Assembly (NCBI GenBank): GCA_963845535.1
Contig: CAWJSK010000004.1
Span: 128,001-192,000 of the forward strand
Direction: 5' to 3'
Source of the DNA: an uncultured Spirochaetota bacterium
GTDB lineage: Bacteria > Spirochaetota > Spirochaetia > SZUA-6 > Fen-1364
DNA: 64,000 nt
This document shows, piece by piece, positions 1 through 9,211 of this stretch. Under the pieces are notes generated by a model. It worked only from the letters and a program-made list of their open reading frames with translations. It did no database searches and had not been told where the DNA came from. Position 1 is the first letter of the stretch. Each line of letters begins with the position of its first letter. Both the position numbers and the translations under genes were made by a program.

Positions 1-625
1 TGGTGGAAGCCACGCGGGTCAGCGGCCGGGTGAGGTAGCCGGCAAAGAGAAGCACCAGGAGGGCCCCCGCGCCGATGGCCCCCAGGAGAATGACACCGGT
101 GCGAATGGTGATCTCGTTCACCAGGCTGTAGAACGCAGCGCGGTCCTCCGTGGTCAGGATGTACCATTGAAAAGGATCGAACCAGAATCCCTTGGCGACC
201 CTTTGTTTTCCCCCAATGCTGATTGCGGGGATCAAGTCGGTCGTCCTGGCCTGGGCGAGCCGGGCAAGGGAAGCTTTCTCCGCATCAAAGAGGTTGACCG
301 TGTCCGTGCTCATGGCCACCGCGCCATCCGGTCCGACGGCGACAATCAGCTCCGTGGAGCTCCCAATGATGCTGCGCGCGTAGCCCTCCACGGCGGCCTT
401 TGTGGCGGAGACCATGTCCGGCTGCCCGGTGAGGTTGTTCTGCACGAGGAGCGACCACTGGCTTTCCGCCTGCTTGCGAAGCTCATCCGCCTTGAACCCG
501 AGGAAGTCCTTGGCGATGCGCGTAATGCCGTTGCGCGTGGAGAAAAACGAGGAGCCGCCCGTCAGGCCCAATGTCGCCACGATGAGAGGAAGGACGATGA
601 GGAATATCTTCCAGCGAATGCTCAT
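1..625 (-). CDS. Membrane-anchored HAMP-domain sensor, 5' part only; may be a cyclase or kinase, catalytic domain outside the window
   Basis: Not in the ORF track; translated by hand from ATG at 625: MSIRWKIFLIVLPLIVATLGLTGG (TM1), an extracytoplasmic region, GVILLGAIGAGALLVLLFAGY (TM2), then LTRPLTRVAS (HAMP start). Open to the window edge. Confidence 0.75.
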   Translation of the reverse strand, partial: MSIRWKIFLIVLPLIVATLGLTGGSSFFSTRNGITRIAKDFLGFKADELRKQAESQWSLLVQNNLTGQPDMVSATKAAVEGYARSIIGSSTELIVAVGPDGAVAMSTDTVNLFDAEKASLARLAQARTTDLIPAISIGGKQRVAKGFWFDPFQWYILTTEDRAAFYSLVNEITIRTGVILLGAIGAGALLVLLFAGYLTRPLTRVAST

Positions 626-770
626 GTGATAGTACCTAGAGTTTCGGCGCGGCCGCTCGTTGACCTTATCACGGGCCGCGGATACCCTCAATCCGTGAAA
701 ACCCTGCCGGCTGGGGAAACTCGGCTGACGGAGTTGAGGCGGCCCGTGCCCGGACCGCATGGAGGCCGAG

Positions 771-3700
771 ATGCAGAGGCTGATCGTCCTGATCGTTCTT
801 GCCGTGGGCGCCTCGGTGGACGCCGCGGCGGTGGATCGGGTCCGGATCGAAGCGCCCGTTGTCAACCCGCGGACCCCTGAGGCGATAGCCCAGGCGGCAG
901 ATCTCCTGGACGCCATGTCGGGGGTGGTCAACAGGCTGTACGCTCAACGCATCGAATGCGCGCGGGCGGAGGCTGGCGGGAGCTTCGACTACTCACTGTC
1001 ACTGATTGCAAGCCTTGGCGGCAACAACCCGAGCATCGTGATTCGAATCAAGCGCCTTTCCGACGGCGCAGAATCAGCCGCATACCCATGGATCGGGCAG
1101 CCCACCCCCGAGCTGCCGTCACTGTTCGCCCACGCCGTCTTCATGCTCTGGGGATCGCTCAACGGCGCTACGCAGCAGGCCTCGTCCCAGCCTCCGCAGG
1201 CCGTCGACGAGCTGCCGGCCGCTCTCATCTCCCAGTACGCTTACCCTTGGTCGCTGGCCGCGCTGCCCAACGGCACAATCGTCGCCGCATTGAACACCAG
1301 CTGCGTTGAGCTTGATCCGGCCTTCCGCGTGGTCTTCGAGCCGGGTAAGAGCCTCGGAGAGGGCGGCCTCATGAACTACGCCCTCGGAGTCTCCGTCACC
1401 CCGGGGGGCACCATCCTTCTGAAGCCGGGGCAGGGAACCAGCTTGTACCGGATCGAAGCGGATTCGGCCGCGCCCCGAAAGATGCAGACGGGGATCGAGC
1501 TTGCCGCCGCTCCGTTTGCCGCGCTTCCTGACGGCGGCGTGCTTGTCGTGGACTCCGCGGCGCGCAAAGCCGTGAAGATCATGGGGAAGGAGCGCGCGGA
1601 CTTCCCTCTTTTCGCAAGCTCGACCGAGTACATCGGCTTCGTCGGAGTGAGCCCTGATTCCACGGTCTGGGTCTATGACTACATTCTCAGGGCTTTCCGA
1701 ATCTACACCACTGAGGGGAGGCTCGTGGACTACGTTCTGCCCCTCGTTTCTCTGGCAAAGCCGCTTGCCCCCATGTCAATGGCGATTGGCCCTGACGGAA
1801 GCTTCATCGTGCTTTCCAATGGGCAGCTTCTGAAGTTCGCCCGTGACGGCAGCCTGATATGGAAGCTGGACTCCCTTTCCGGACTGGAGGTGGAGAAGCT
1901 GCCGGCAAGCGGTTCGGTGGCCGCAGACTGGAACCGCGGTCTGATCTACCTGGCAGACACCACCGGGCGGCGAATCATCAGGCTCCTGGACACAAGCTAT
2001 TGCGCGCAGAAAGGCATCCACAACCCGACTGAGGAGAAGCTCCTGGCGCTCAGACAGGGCCCGGCGGCGGATGATCCGTCGCAGCTATCCCAGGCCGCGG
2101 GCCTGTATGAAGCCGCCGGCTCCTCCCTCATGGCGCGCGCGGCCTGGCAGAAAGTCCTGGACGCAGACCCGGACAACCCCGGGGCCAAAGCCCGGCTTCG
2201 CGCGCTGGAGGCGAATGAGCTGAAACGGACGGCTGCTGAGCTGGACGGGAAGACTCGTGAGACGCTGCGCGACCTGGGGCCGGAGTCCGCGCGGCTCACC
2301 TACACGCAGGCGGTCCAGGCGTACGAGCAGATCCTCAGCAGAAACAGGGATGACCAGGAGACTCGCGCGGCAATGGAGGCTCTGAAGAAGGTCTTCGAGT
2401 CGGGTGCGCCCGCCCCCGAGCCGCCGGCTCCGCTGGCCATCCAGGACCAGAAGATCCCGAGCCTCTTCCCGGCGCTCATGCAGTACTACCTTGCCCACCC
2501 GGCCGTCACGGTGACGGTCTCTAACGCCTCTTCGGCTGCCGTGCAGAACGTACGCGTGAGCGCGTTCATCCCCAGGTTCATGGATTTCCCCTCGGAGGCA
2601 AAACCCCTTGCGGAGCTGGCCCCGGGCGCTCAAGCCTCCTTCGATATCATGCTGAAGTTCCAGCCGTCAATCCTCGACCAGCAGGAAGACACGGTGGTCC
2701 AGATGAAAGTGAACGCGGCCTGCGCGGTAAACGGCGCGGACCAGACCGTCAGCACGATCATGAGCGTGACGGTCAACCGCAACACTGCGCTGAGGTGGGA
2801 CGACACGCGCAAAATCGCCGCCTACATTACTCCGAACGAGGATACGGTGAGCGGGTTTGCGCGCCGCGTCCTGGACATTGGGGACTCCGCCCGCGGGCTC
2901 CAGATATCGCGGAGAATCTTCCAGGCCATGCACATATGCGACGCCCTTGGAGCGTATGGCATCAGTTACGTCCCGAACCCTGAGACCCCAATCTCCAAAG
3001 TCCTGGGAAACTCCCAGGTGATCGACACCGTGCATTTCCCCCGTGTAACGCTTGCCAACAGGGGAGGTGACTGCAGCGACACCACCGCGCTTCTTGCCTC
3101 CCTCCTCGAGTCGGTGGGAATACGCACGGCGGTGCTCACGACACCCGGACACATCTTCCTCGCCTTCGACACCGGCGAGCCGGCGGAGAACGCTCCGCTC
3201 TTCTCGACGCAGTCACTCGATGTGATCGCGCATGGGACGGTGTGGATTCCTGTGGAGACCACCGTGCTGAAGCAAGGGTTCATGGCGGCGTGGAGCGCGG
3301 CTTCCGAGCTTGTCAGGAAGTACCGAGAGAACGGTCCGTTCGAGTTCCTGCCCCTTGCTGAGATGCGAAACGCATGGCCTGCGCTTCCTCTTCCCCCCAG
3401 CGCGCTCACCATCGTGGACCCGTCCCCGCAAGCGGTTTCAAAGGTGTACTCCGCGTCCTTGAGCGGATTCACATCGGCCATCTACTCCTCCCGCGTCTCG
3501 CAGCTCAGCTCGCGGCTTGCCAGCCTCAGTGGCAGACAGGCGAACCTCCTGCGCATCCGCATCGGCATCCTTCACGGCATGTTCGGCGACATGAACGACG
3601 CTGAGGCTTCCTTCCAAGCGGTCATTGCAAGCGAACCATCGCTCGTATCGCCCTACGTGGATATCGCGAACATCCGCATCCTCGCCGGGGACAACGACGG

Positions 3701-3950
3701 CGCTCTCGCCATGGTCAACAAGGGCCTGGCCATCAACCAGGCCTCGGCCCTCCTCAACCTGCTTGCCGCGCAGATCTACTCCACCAGGGGGGACGGGGTC
3801 CACGCGGCCGCGCACATGGCCCGGGTCAAGAGCGCGGCCCCTGAGCTTGCGGCCCGCTACGCGGACGTGGTCGGGGGAGCGCGAACGGATGGGAAAAGGG
3901 CGGCTGGACAGGGCGAGGGTCCTGCCGTGATCTGGGGAAACGAAAAGTAG
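771..3950 (+). CDS. Exported multidomain protein: beta-propeller (NHL-like), TPR and transglutaminase-like cysteine-protease domain
   Basis: ATG at 771 after GGAGG; signal-peptide-like N-terminus; NHL-like repeats (IYLADTTGRRI); TPR-like helices; motif GDCSDTTALLASLLESVGI...PGHIFLAFD. Confidence 0.7.
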   Translation: MQRLIVLIVLAVGASVDAAAVDRVRIEAPVVNPRTPEAIAQAADLLDAMSGVVNRLYAQRIECARAEAGGSFDYSLSLIASLGGNNPSIVIRIKRLSDGAESAAYPWIGQPTPELPSLFAHAVFMLWGSLNGATQQASSQPPQAVDELPAALISQYAYPWSLAALPNGTIVAALNTSCVELDPAFRVVFEPGKSLGEGGLMNYALGVSVTPGGTILLKPGQGTSLYRIEADSAAPRKMQTGIELAAAPFAALPDGGVLVVDSAARKAVKIMGKERADFPLFASSTEYIGFVGVSPDSTVWVYDYILRAFRIYTTEGRLVDYVLPLVSLAKPLAPMSMAIGPDGSFIVLSNGQLLKFARDGSLIWKLDSLSGLEVEKLPASGSVAADWNRGLIYLADTTGRRIIRLLDTSYCAQKGIHNPTEEKLLALRQGPAADDPSQLSQAAGLYEAAGSSLMARAAWQKVLDADPDNPGAKARLRALEANELKRTAAELDGKTRETLRDLGPESARLTYTQAVQAYEQILSRNRDDQETRAAMEALKKVFESGAPAPEPPAPLAIQDQKIPSLFPALMQYYLAHPAVTVTVSNASSAAVQNVRVSAFIPRFMDFPSEAKPLAELAPGAQASFDIMLKFQPSILDQQEDTVVQMKVNAACAVNGADQTVSTIMSVTVNRNTALRWDDTRKIAAYITPNEDTVSGFARRVLDIGDSARGLQISRRIFQAMHICDALGAYGISYVPNPETPISKVLGNSQVIDTVHFPRVTLANRGGDCSDTTALLASLLESVGIRTAVLTTPGHIFLAFDTGEPAENAPLFSTQSLDVIAHGTVWIPVETTVLKQGFMAAWSAASELVRKYRENGPFEFLPLAEMRNAWPALPLPPSALTIVDPSPQAVSKVYSASLSGFTSAIYSSRVSQLSSRLASLSGRQANLLRIRIGILHGMFGDMNDAEASFQAVIASEPSLVSPYVDIANIRILAGDNDGALAMVNKGLAINQASALLNLLAAQIYSTRGDGVHAAAHMARVKSAAPELAARYADVVGGARTDGKRAAGQGEGPAVIWGNEK

Positions 3951-3982
3951 CCTCCCCCGGCGAGCGTCGTTACCTTCCGGAC

Positions 3983-5521
3983 ATGGCGGAGCAAGACGCG
4001 CGCAATCCAGGACCCTGGGTCCTTTTCTCGACGATCTTCGCATCCAGCATGGCGTTCATTGACGGCACGGCTCTCAACGTGGCCATGCCGGCAATCCAGA
4101 ACGGACTTCACGCAAGCGGCGTGCAGCTTCTTTGGATGGTCAACGCGTACCTCCTGATGCTGGCCGCGCTCATCCCCGTCGGCGGGTCGTTGGGAGACCT
4201 GTTCGGACGCAAGAAGGTCTTCTCCATTGGCATCGGCCTGTTCATGCTGGCCTCTCTCATCTGCGGTCTTTCCCCGAACGCGGATTTCCTGGTCTGGGCC
4301 CGGGCCGCGCAAGGAATCGGGAGCGCCCTGATGATTCCCGGAAGCCTCGCCATCATCAGCTCCTTCTTCGGCCCGACGGAGAAGGGCCGGGCCATCGGGA
4401 CATGGTCCGCCGCCACAACCATTGTGACGGTGATCGGGCCCATCCTTGGCGGCGTCCTCTCGGGCGCCGGGCTCTGGAGGGTCGTGTTCTTGATCAACAT
4501 CCCGTTGGGGATCGCCGCGCTCATCCCGCTTTTCCTGAAGGTGCCGGAGAGTCGAAACGAGAAAGCGCAAGGCAGGATTGATTTTCCGGGGGCGGGGCTT
4601 CTCATCATCGCGCTTGCCGGCCTCACCTTCGGGTTCGTCTCGGCTCCGGACCACGGGTTTGGTGATCCGCGCATCATAGCGGCGCTTTCGCTGGGGATTG
4701 TCGCGCTTGCGGGCTTCCTCTTCGTCGAGGCCAGGAACAGCCACCCAATGATCCCGCTTTCCCTTTTTTCCTCGAGGACATTCAGCGGGACCAACCTGCT
4801 CACCCTGGCCCTCTACGGCGCCCTGAGCGTCGGGATGTTCTTCCTGTCGCTGAACCTCGTGCAGGCGCAAGGCTACACCATGGCGCTGGCGGGCTTTGCC
4901 TTCACCCCGTTCGCGCTCGTCCTGACCGCGTTGTCCAGATGGGCCGGCGGTCTTGTGGACAGGTCAGGCCCGCGCCTTCCCCTCGTCGTTGGCCCGGCAA
5001 TCGCCGGGCTCGCCTTCTTCTCCATGGCATGGGCAGGCGTGACCCCGGGGCCGTCACGCTACTGGGTGAGCTTCTTTCCCGGCGTGCTGCTGCTGGGCAT
5101 CGGGATGGGGATCACGGTGGCCCCTCTCACAACGGCAGTCATGAGCTCGGTGGCGTCACACCTTTCGGGGACTGCCTCGGGCATCAACAACGCCGTCTCT
5201 CGGACTGCGGGGGTCCTTGCCATTGCCGTGGTAGGAGCGTTGTCACTCGTCCTGTTTGCCCACAGCCTGGACGCCCGGGCATCCCAGGCGGGCCTATCAA
5301 CGCCGGTCCGCCAGGCGCTCGCGGTTGAGGCGAGCCGGCTGGGCGCGGCGGCTGTCCCGCAAGCCGCGGCGCCGCAGGATGCGGCCGCCGTCCAGTCCGC
5401 CATAAGGCTTGCGTTCGTGGACACGTTTAAAATCGTGATGCTCGTCTGTGCCGTTCTCGCGTGGGCCGGCGCCGCCCTTGCCGGACTCTTCGTGGAGAAA
5501 AACTTCAGGGCGGCGAAGTAG
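3983..5521 (+). CDS. MFS transporter, DHA2/EmrB-QacA-like
   Basis: IDGTALNVAMPAI, motif A GSLGDLFGRKK, GPILGG, WRVVFLINIP; many TM segments. Confidence 0.9.
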   Translation: MAEQDARNPGPWVLFSTIFASSMAFIDGTALNVAMPAIQNGLHASGVQLLWMVNAYLLMLAALIPVGGSLGDLFGRKKVFSIGIGLFMLASLICGLSPNADFLVWARAAQGIGSALMIPGSLAIISSFFGPTEKGRAIGTWSAATTIVTVIGPILGGVLSGAGLWRVVFLINIPLGIAALIPLFLKVPESRNEKAQGRIDFPGAGLLIIALAGLTFGFVSAPDHGFGDPRIIAALSLGIVALAGFLFVEARNSHPMIPLSLFSSRTFSGTNLLTLALYGALSVGMFFLSLNLVQAQGYTMALAGFAFTPFALVLTALSRWAGGLVDRSGPRLPLVVGPAIAGLAFFSMAWAGVTPGPSRYWVSFFPGVLLLGIGMGITVAPLTTAVMSSVASHLSGTASGINNAVSRTAGVLAIAVVGALSLVLFAHSLDARASQAGLSTPVRQALAVEASRLGAAAVPQAAAPQDAAAVQSAIRLAFVDTFKIVMLVCAVLAWAGAALAGLFVEKNFRAAK

Positions 5522-5600
5522 ACCCGTTGCGCCGCGCAGGGCACGGCCGGCACCGCGTCGGGGCACGGCGCCGAGCAACTTGGCCCCGAGCGCAGGGCGC

Positions 5601-6263
5601 TCAGGCAGCTATGATGCCGGTCACCGCCTTGTTCGAGAGCAGACGCTCCTTGTTTTCGGCAAGGACCAGCGCGTAGCGAGCCAGCCGCGCGCCCATGTAT
5701 CGCGCCGCAGCAAGCACAGGCTCTTCCACCGGCGTGGCCTCCCGCGCAGCGGCGGTATAAATCACTCCGTATGGGCTGCCGCCGGCAGCATAGATGGTGG
5801 AGTCCGTATAACCGGTCGGCACGACAATCGTGCCCCAATGGCTCATCACCGCGTAGATCGAGTTGATCGTGTTGACCTGGCCGCCGTGCGTGTTCATGGC
5901 GCCCGCAAAAGCCGTGACGGGCTTGTGGGCCAGCTTCCCCTGGCCCCAGAGCGGACCTGATGAATCAAGGAACTGCTTCATCTGCGCCGCCATGACGCCG
6001 TAGCGGGTGGGGCTGCCGAAGACGTACCCGTTGGCCCACTCCAGGTCAGCCAGCGTCGCCTCGGGGACGTTCCGCGTGGCTTCCAAGTGCGCCTTCCATG
6101 CGGGGTTGGTCGCAACGACCTCGGGAGAGGCAAGCTCGGCCACCCTGCGAAGCCTTACCTCCGCTCCTTCGGCTTTCGCTCCCTGTTCGAATGCCTGCGC
6201 CACCTGGTATGCATGTCCCATGGCGCTGTAGTAGAAAATCGCAATTTTCGCCTTTTCACTCAT
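5601..6263 (-). CDS. wrbA: NAD(P)H:quinone oxidoreductase, WrbA type
   Basis: YYSAMGH flavodoxin loop, FGSPTRYG, QMKQFLD, HGGQ, GGSPYG. Confidence 0.9.
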   Translation of the reverse strand: MSEKAKIAIFYYSAMGHAYQVAQAFEQGAKAEGAEVRLRRVAELASPEVVATNPAWKAHLEATRNVPEATLADLEWANGYVFGSPTRYGVMAAQMKQFLDSSGPLWGQGKLAHKPVTAFAGAMNTHGGQVNTINSIYAVMSHWGTIVVPTGYTDSTIYAAGGSPYGVIYTAAAREATPVEEPVLAAARYMGARLARYALVLAENKERLLSNKAVTGIIAA

Positions 6264-6790
6264 GATGGTCCTCCTCCGGGGCTTCCCGCCCCTTGTGTGT
6301 TTCCGTCCCCGACTGCGCGCGAAGTGAGTTTTCGCAAGAGCCGGGAAAGCGTTTCAAGCTCCTCATCCGAGAGAGCCGCAAACAGCCCGGTGATGGCGCG
6401 CTCCTGCCCTGGCACGAGCGCCTCCCGCAGCCGTTGGCCCGCCGCGGTCAACTGAAGACTGTTGCACCTGCCGCTCGGCGGCCTCGCCACAAGTCGTCTT
6501 TTCTCCAGCTTCTGCAGCAGCTGGGTCACGTTTCCCTGCGTGACAACGAGGCGGTCGGCGAGCTCCTTCTGGCTCAGGCCTTCCCTCGAGCCGATCTGGG
6601 CAATGATGTCAAACTGCGCAAGGCTGAGGTGCGGCGCGCGCAGGCGATTCCCGAGGGCTGCGTGCTGCGCGTTCACAAACCGCGCGAGCCTGAGCCATGC
6701 GGCAACCGCGCGGCGGGTCCTTTCCCGCGAGCATCCTGCGCGTGACTCAGACGGCTCGACCGCAGCTCCCCTTTCACCCTGGCTGTCCAC
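6260..6790 (-). CDS. MarR-family transcriptional regulator
   Basis: LSLAQFDII...LSQKELADRL...NVTQLLQKLEKRRLV...LTAAG. GTG at 6790 is the likely start (uncertain). Overlaps the wrbA start by 4 nt. Confidence 0.85.
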   Translation of the reverse strand: MDSQGERGAAVEPSESRAGCSRERTRRAVAAWLRLARFVNAQHAALGNRLRAPHLSLAQFDIIAQIGSREGLSQKELADRLVVTQGNVTQLLQKLEKRRLVARPPSGRCNSLQLTAAGQRLREALVPGQERAITGLFAALSDEELETLSRLLRKLTSRAVGDGNTQGAGSPGGGPS

Positions 6791-6796
6791 GCGTCT

Positions 6797-6816
6797 TAAT
6801 TTAGTTCTAAAGTATA
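6797..6816 (-). promoter_or_regulatory. Putative MarR operator overlapping a -10 box
   Basis: AT-rich inverted repeat TTTAG-TT-CTAAA (6800-6811) abutting TATACT (minus strand, 6816-6811), just upstream of marR. Confidence 0.5.
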
Positions 6817-6845
6817 CGGGGAGGCAAATTCTCGAAGAGGCGTGG

Positions 6846-6917
6846 GTCAGGGGCAAGGGCCGCATCGGGGGCAGGAGACGCGTCAGGCGCAAGGGCCGCG
6901 TCAGGCGCAGGAGCCGG
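6846..6917. repeat. 4 x 18-bp degenerate tandem repeat
   Basis: gtcaggggcaagggccgc / atcgggggcaggagacgc / gtcaggcgcaagggccgc / gtcaggcgcaggagccgg, intergenic. Confidence 0.8.
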
Positions 6918-6950
6918 ATAGCGCCAGTCGGCGGCTGAGTTGGCGGGATT

Positions 6951-7912
6951 TCAGGCGGAGCCGTTCCCGTTGCTCAAGAAGCTCATCTGCTGTTCGCTGA
7001 GGCGGACTTCGAGTGACCCGAGATTCTCCCTGATCTGTTCGACGGTGCCGCCCGCCATCACGGGGATGACCGCGGGTTGGGACTGCATCAGCCACGCAAG
7101 GACGAGCTGGTTGGCCGTGACGGCGAGCTCCCGCGCCAGACGCTTGAGCCGACCCAGCCTGTCCTCCGTGTCGCGCCACGCGTAGTGTTGCGGAATGCTT
7201 CTGTCAGCCCGCGTGTACGCGCCGCCCAGCAGCGGGGAGTAGGCCAGCAGCGCCACGCCGCTGGACGCGCAGTAGTCCAGCAGGTCGGCGTTGGCAGCGA
7301 GCTGCGGATCAAAGGAAGCCCCCGGCCTGGGCTGAAGGTAGGTGTAGCGCTGCTGGATGCAGCAATAGTCCGCCCATGACACTGGCGCGGGAGACCGTGC
7401 GCGCCTCTGCAAGGCGCCACGCAAGGAAATTGCTCGCTCCGATCATGCGCACCTTGCCTGCGCGCAGCAAGGCGGTCGAAAGCCTCAAGGGTCTCTTCAA
7501 GAGGAGTGGCGCGGTCATCAACGTGCGCGTAGAAAAGATCGATCGTCTCGATTCCCATGCGCCGCAGGCTCTTTTCGCACTCTGCCTGGATGATGGATGA
7601 CTTCAAGCCGCGATCAACCGAGGGATACGGGAACCCCACCTTGGTTGCGAGGAAAAGGCCGGAGCGGTTTTTCCGCGTGCGCATCCAGTCCCCAAGGAGC
7701 GCTTCGCTCTCACCGCCTTTTCCCCCGGGGACCCAGTGGGCGTAGATGTTCGCCGTGTCGATGAACGTCCCACCGTGATCGAGGTAGAGGTCAAGAATGG
7801 CATGGGAGGTCTCGAGGTCGGTTTTGGTTCCCAGAAACATGGCGCCAAGGCAGATCTGGCTGACCTGCGCGCCTGATGGACCCAGCGGAACCTTTCTCAT
7901 TTCGCTTCGCAT
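6951..7912 (-). CDS. Aldo/keto reductase with two apparent +1 frameshifts (~7465 and ~7380)
   Basis: CLGAMFLG, FIDTANIY, LATKVG, IDLFYAH in frame 1; GKVRMIGASNF in frame 2; QQRYTYL...LAYSPLLGG...EQIRENL in frame 3. Confidence 0.85.
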
Positions 7913-7940
7913 GCACAGAAGATAATGAAAGTCCCGACGG

Positions 7941-7979
7941 GAGAAGCAAACTCCCCGCTGCCGGAGCTGCGGCGGGGAG
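7941..7979 (-). terminator. Probable intrinsic terminator of the sugar ABC operon
   Basis: Stem ctccccgctgc/gcggcggggag followed on the minus strand by TTTGCTTCT. Confidence 0.55.
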
Positions 7980-7993
7980 CGCGGTACGCCGGC

Positions 7994-9211
7994 TTACGCC
8001 CTGTTCTTCTTCGACATGACGTCGATGTAGACGGCTGCAACGATGACGAGCCCGCGGATGATGTACTGCCAGAAGACGTCCATGTTCATGACGCTCATCC
8101 CGTTGAGGAGGCTTGCAATGATGAGAGAGCCGACAATGGCGCCGAAGATCGTTCCTTCACCGCCCATGAGGCTCGTTCCGCCAATGACGCAGGCCGCGAT
8201 GGCGTCCAGCTCGTAGTTGGTGCCTCCGCCGATTGTCCCCGCGGCAACGTAGCCGGTGAGAACAATGCCCGAGACTCCCGCGAGAAGTCCCATGAGGATG
8301 AACACGGTGAATATCTCCCGGTTGATATTGATGCCGGAGAGTCGCGTGGCTTCCTTGTTGCCGCCCAGCGCGTACGCGTAGCGGCCGAACTTTGTGTTGT
8401 TGGCGAGGTAGGTGAAGATCACTGCCACGATTGCCATGAGGAGAACCGGGTTCGGGATGCCGCGATATTGGTTCATGATGAAGACAAAGAAGATAACAAT
8501 GCAGGAGATGACGAGAGCTTTCAGGGCGTCCTGGTACAGGGGTACGAGCTTGAAGCCAAACTCTTTCCTCTGCTGCCGGCCGCGAAAGATCATGAACACA
8601 ATGATCACCACCACGATGGCGCCAAGAATCCACCCCACCATCATTGGCACATACCCCTGGGCGATCAGCCGGAAGTCATCCTCGTAAATCGTCAGCGTCT
8701 TCCCCTGGGTCACCGCAAGGACGCCACCGCGGAAAATCAGCATGCCTCCGAGGGTCACAATGAAGGCGGGGACCTTGAGGTACGCAATGATTGTACCTTG
8801 CCAAATCCCGATGATCAGGCCCACGAGGAGCGCCGAAACAATGGCGATGATGGTATTGAGCACCCCCAGCGGTCCGACAGCCATGCTTGGAAAAATGTCG
8901 TGCAAAATGGGGGGCATGATGTTCACTTGCAGGTATGCGGTGGCAGCGCTGACGAGGCCCGTGGCGGAGCCAACGGAAAGGTCGATGTTGCCCGTGGTTA
9001 TGACGAGCACCATGCCGATGGCGAGGAAGGACACGATGGTCATCTGACGGAAAAGGTTGGAAAGGTTGCGCGGCTCGAAGAATATCCAGTTGGTGAGGCT
9101 GCCGAAAAGGAGCCAGATCAGCGCAAGGGCGATGATCATGGTATAGGTGCGGATGTTCGCGCGGACGCTTCGCGAAACAGCCGCCACCGAAAGTGTCTTT
9201 GTTGCCGGCAT
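7994..9211 (-). CDS. xylH: Monosaccharide ABC permease, XylH/GguB-like
   Basis: GNIDLSVGS, VPAFIVTLGG, TKFGRYAYALGGNKEATRLSGIN, ELDAIAACVIGGTSL. Confidence 0.85.
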   Translation of the reverse strand: MPATKTLSVAAVSRSVRANIRTYTMIIALALIWLLFGSLTNWIFFEPRNLSNLFRQMTIVSFLAIGMVLVITTGNIDLSVGSATGLVSAATAYLQVNIMPPILHDIFPSMAVGPLGVLNTIIAIVSALLVGLIIGIWQGTIIAYLKVPAFIVTLGGMLIFRGGVLAVTQGKTLTIYEDDFRLIAQGYVPMMVGWILGAIVVVIIVFMIFRGRQQRKEFGFKLVPLYQDALKALVISCIVIFFVFIMNQYRGIPNPVLLMAIVAVIFTYLANNTKFGRYAYALGGNKEATRLSGININREIFTVFILMGLLAGVSGIVLTGYVAAGTIGGGTNYELDAIAACVIGGTSLMGGEGTIFGAIVGSLIIASLLNGMSVMNMDVFWQYIIRGLVIVAAVYIDVMSKKNRA

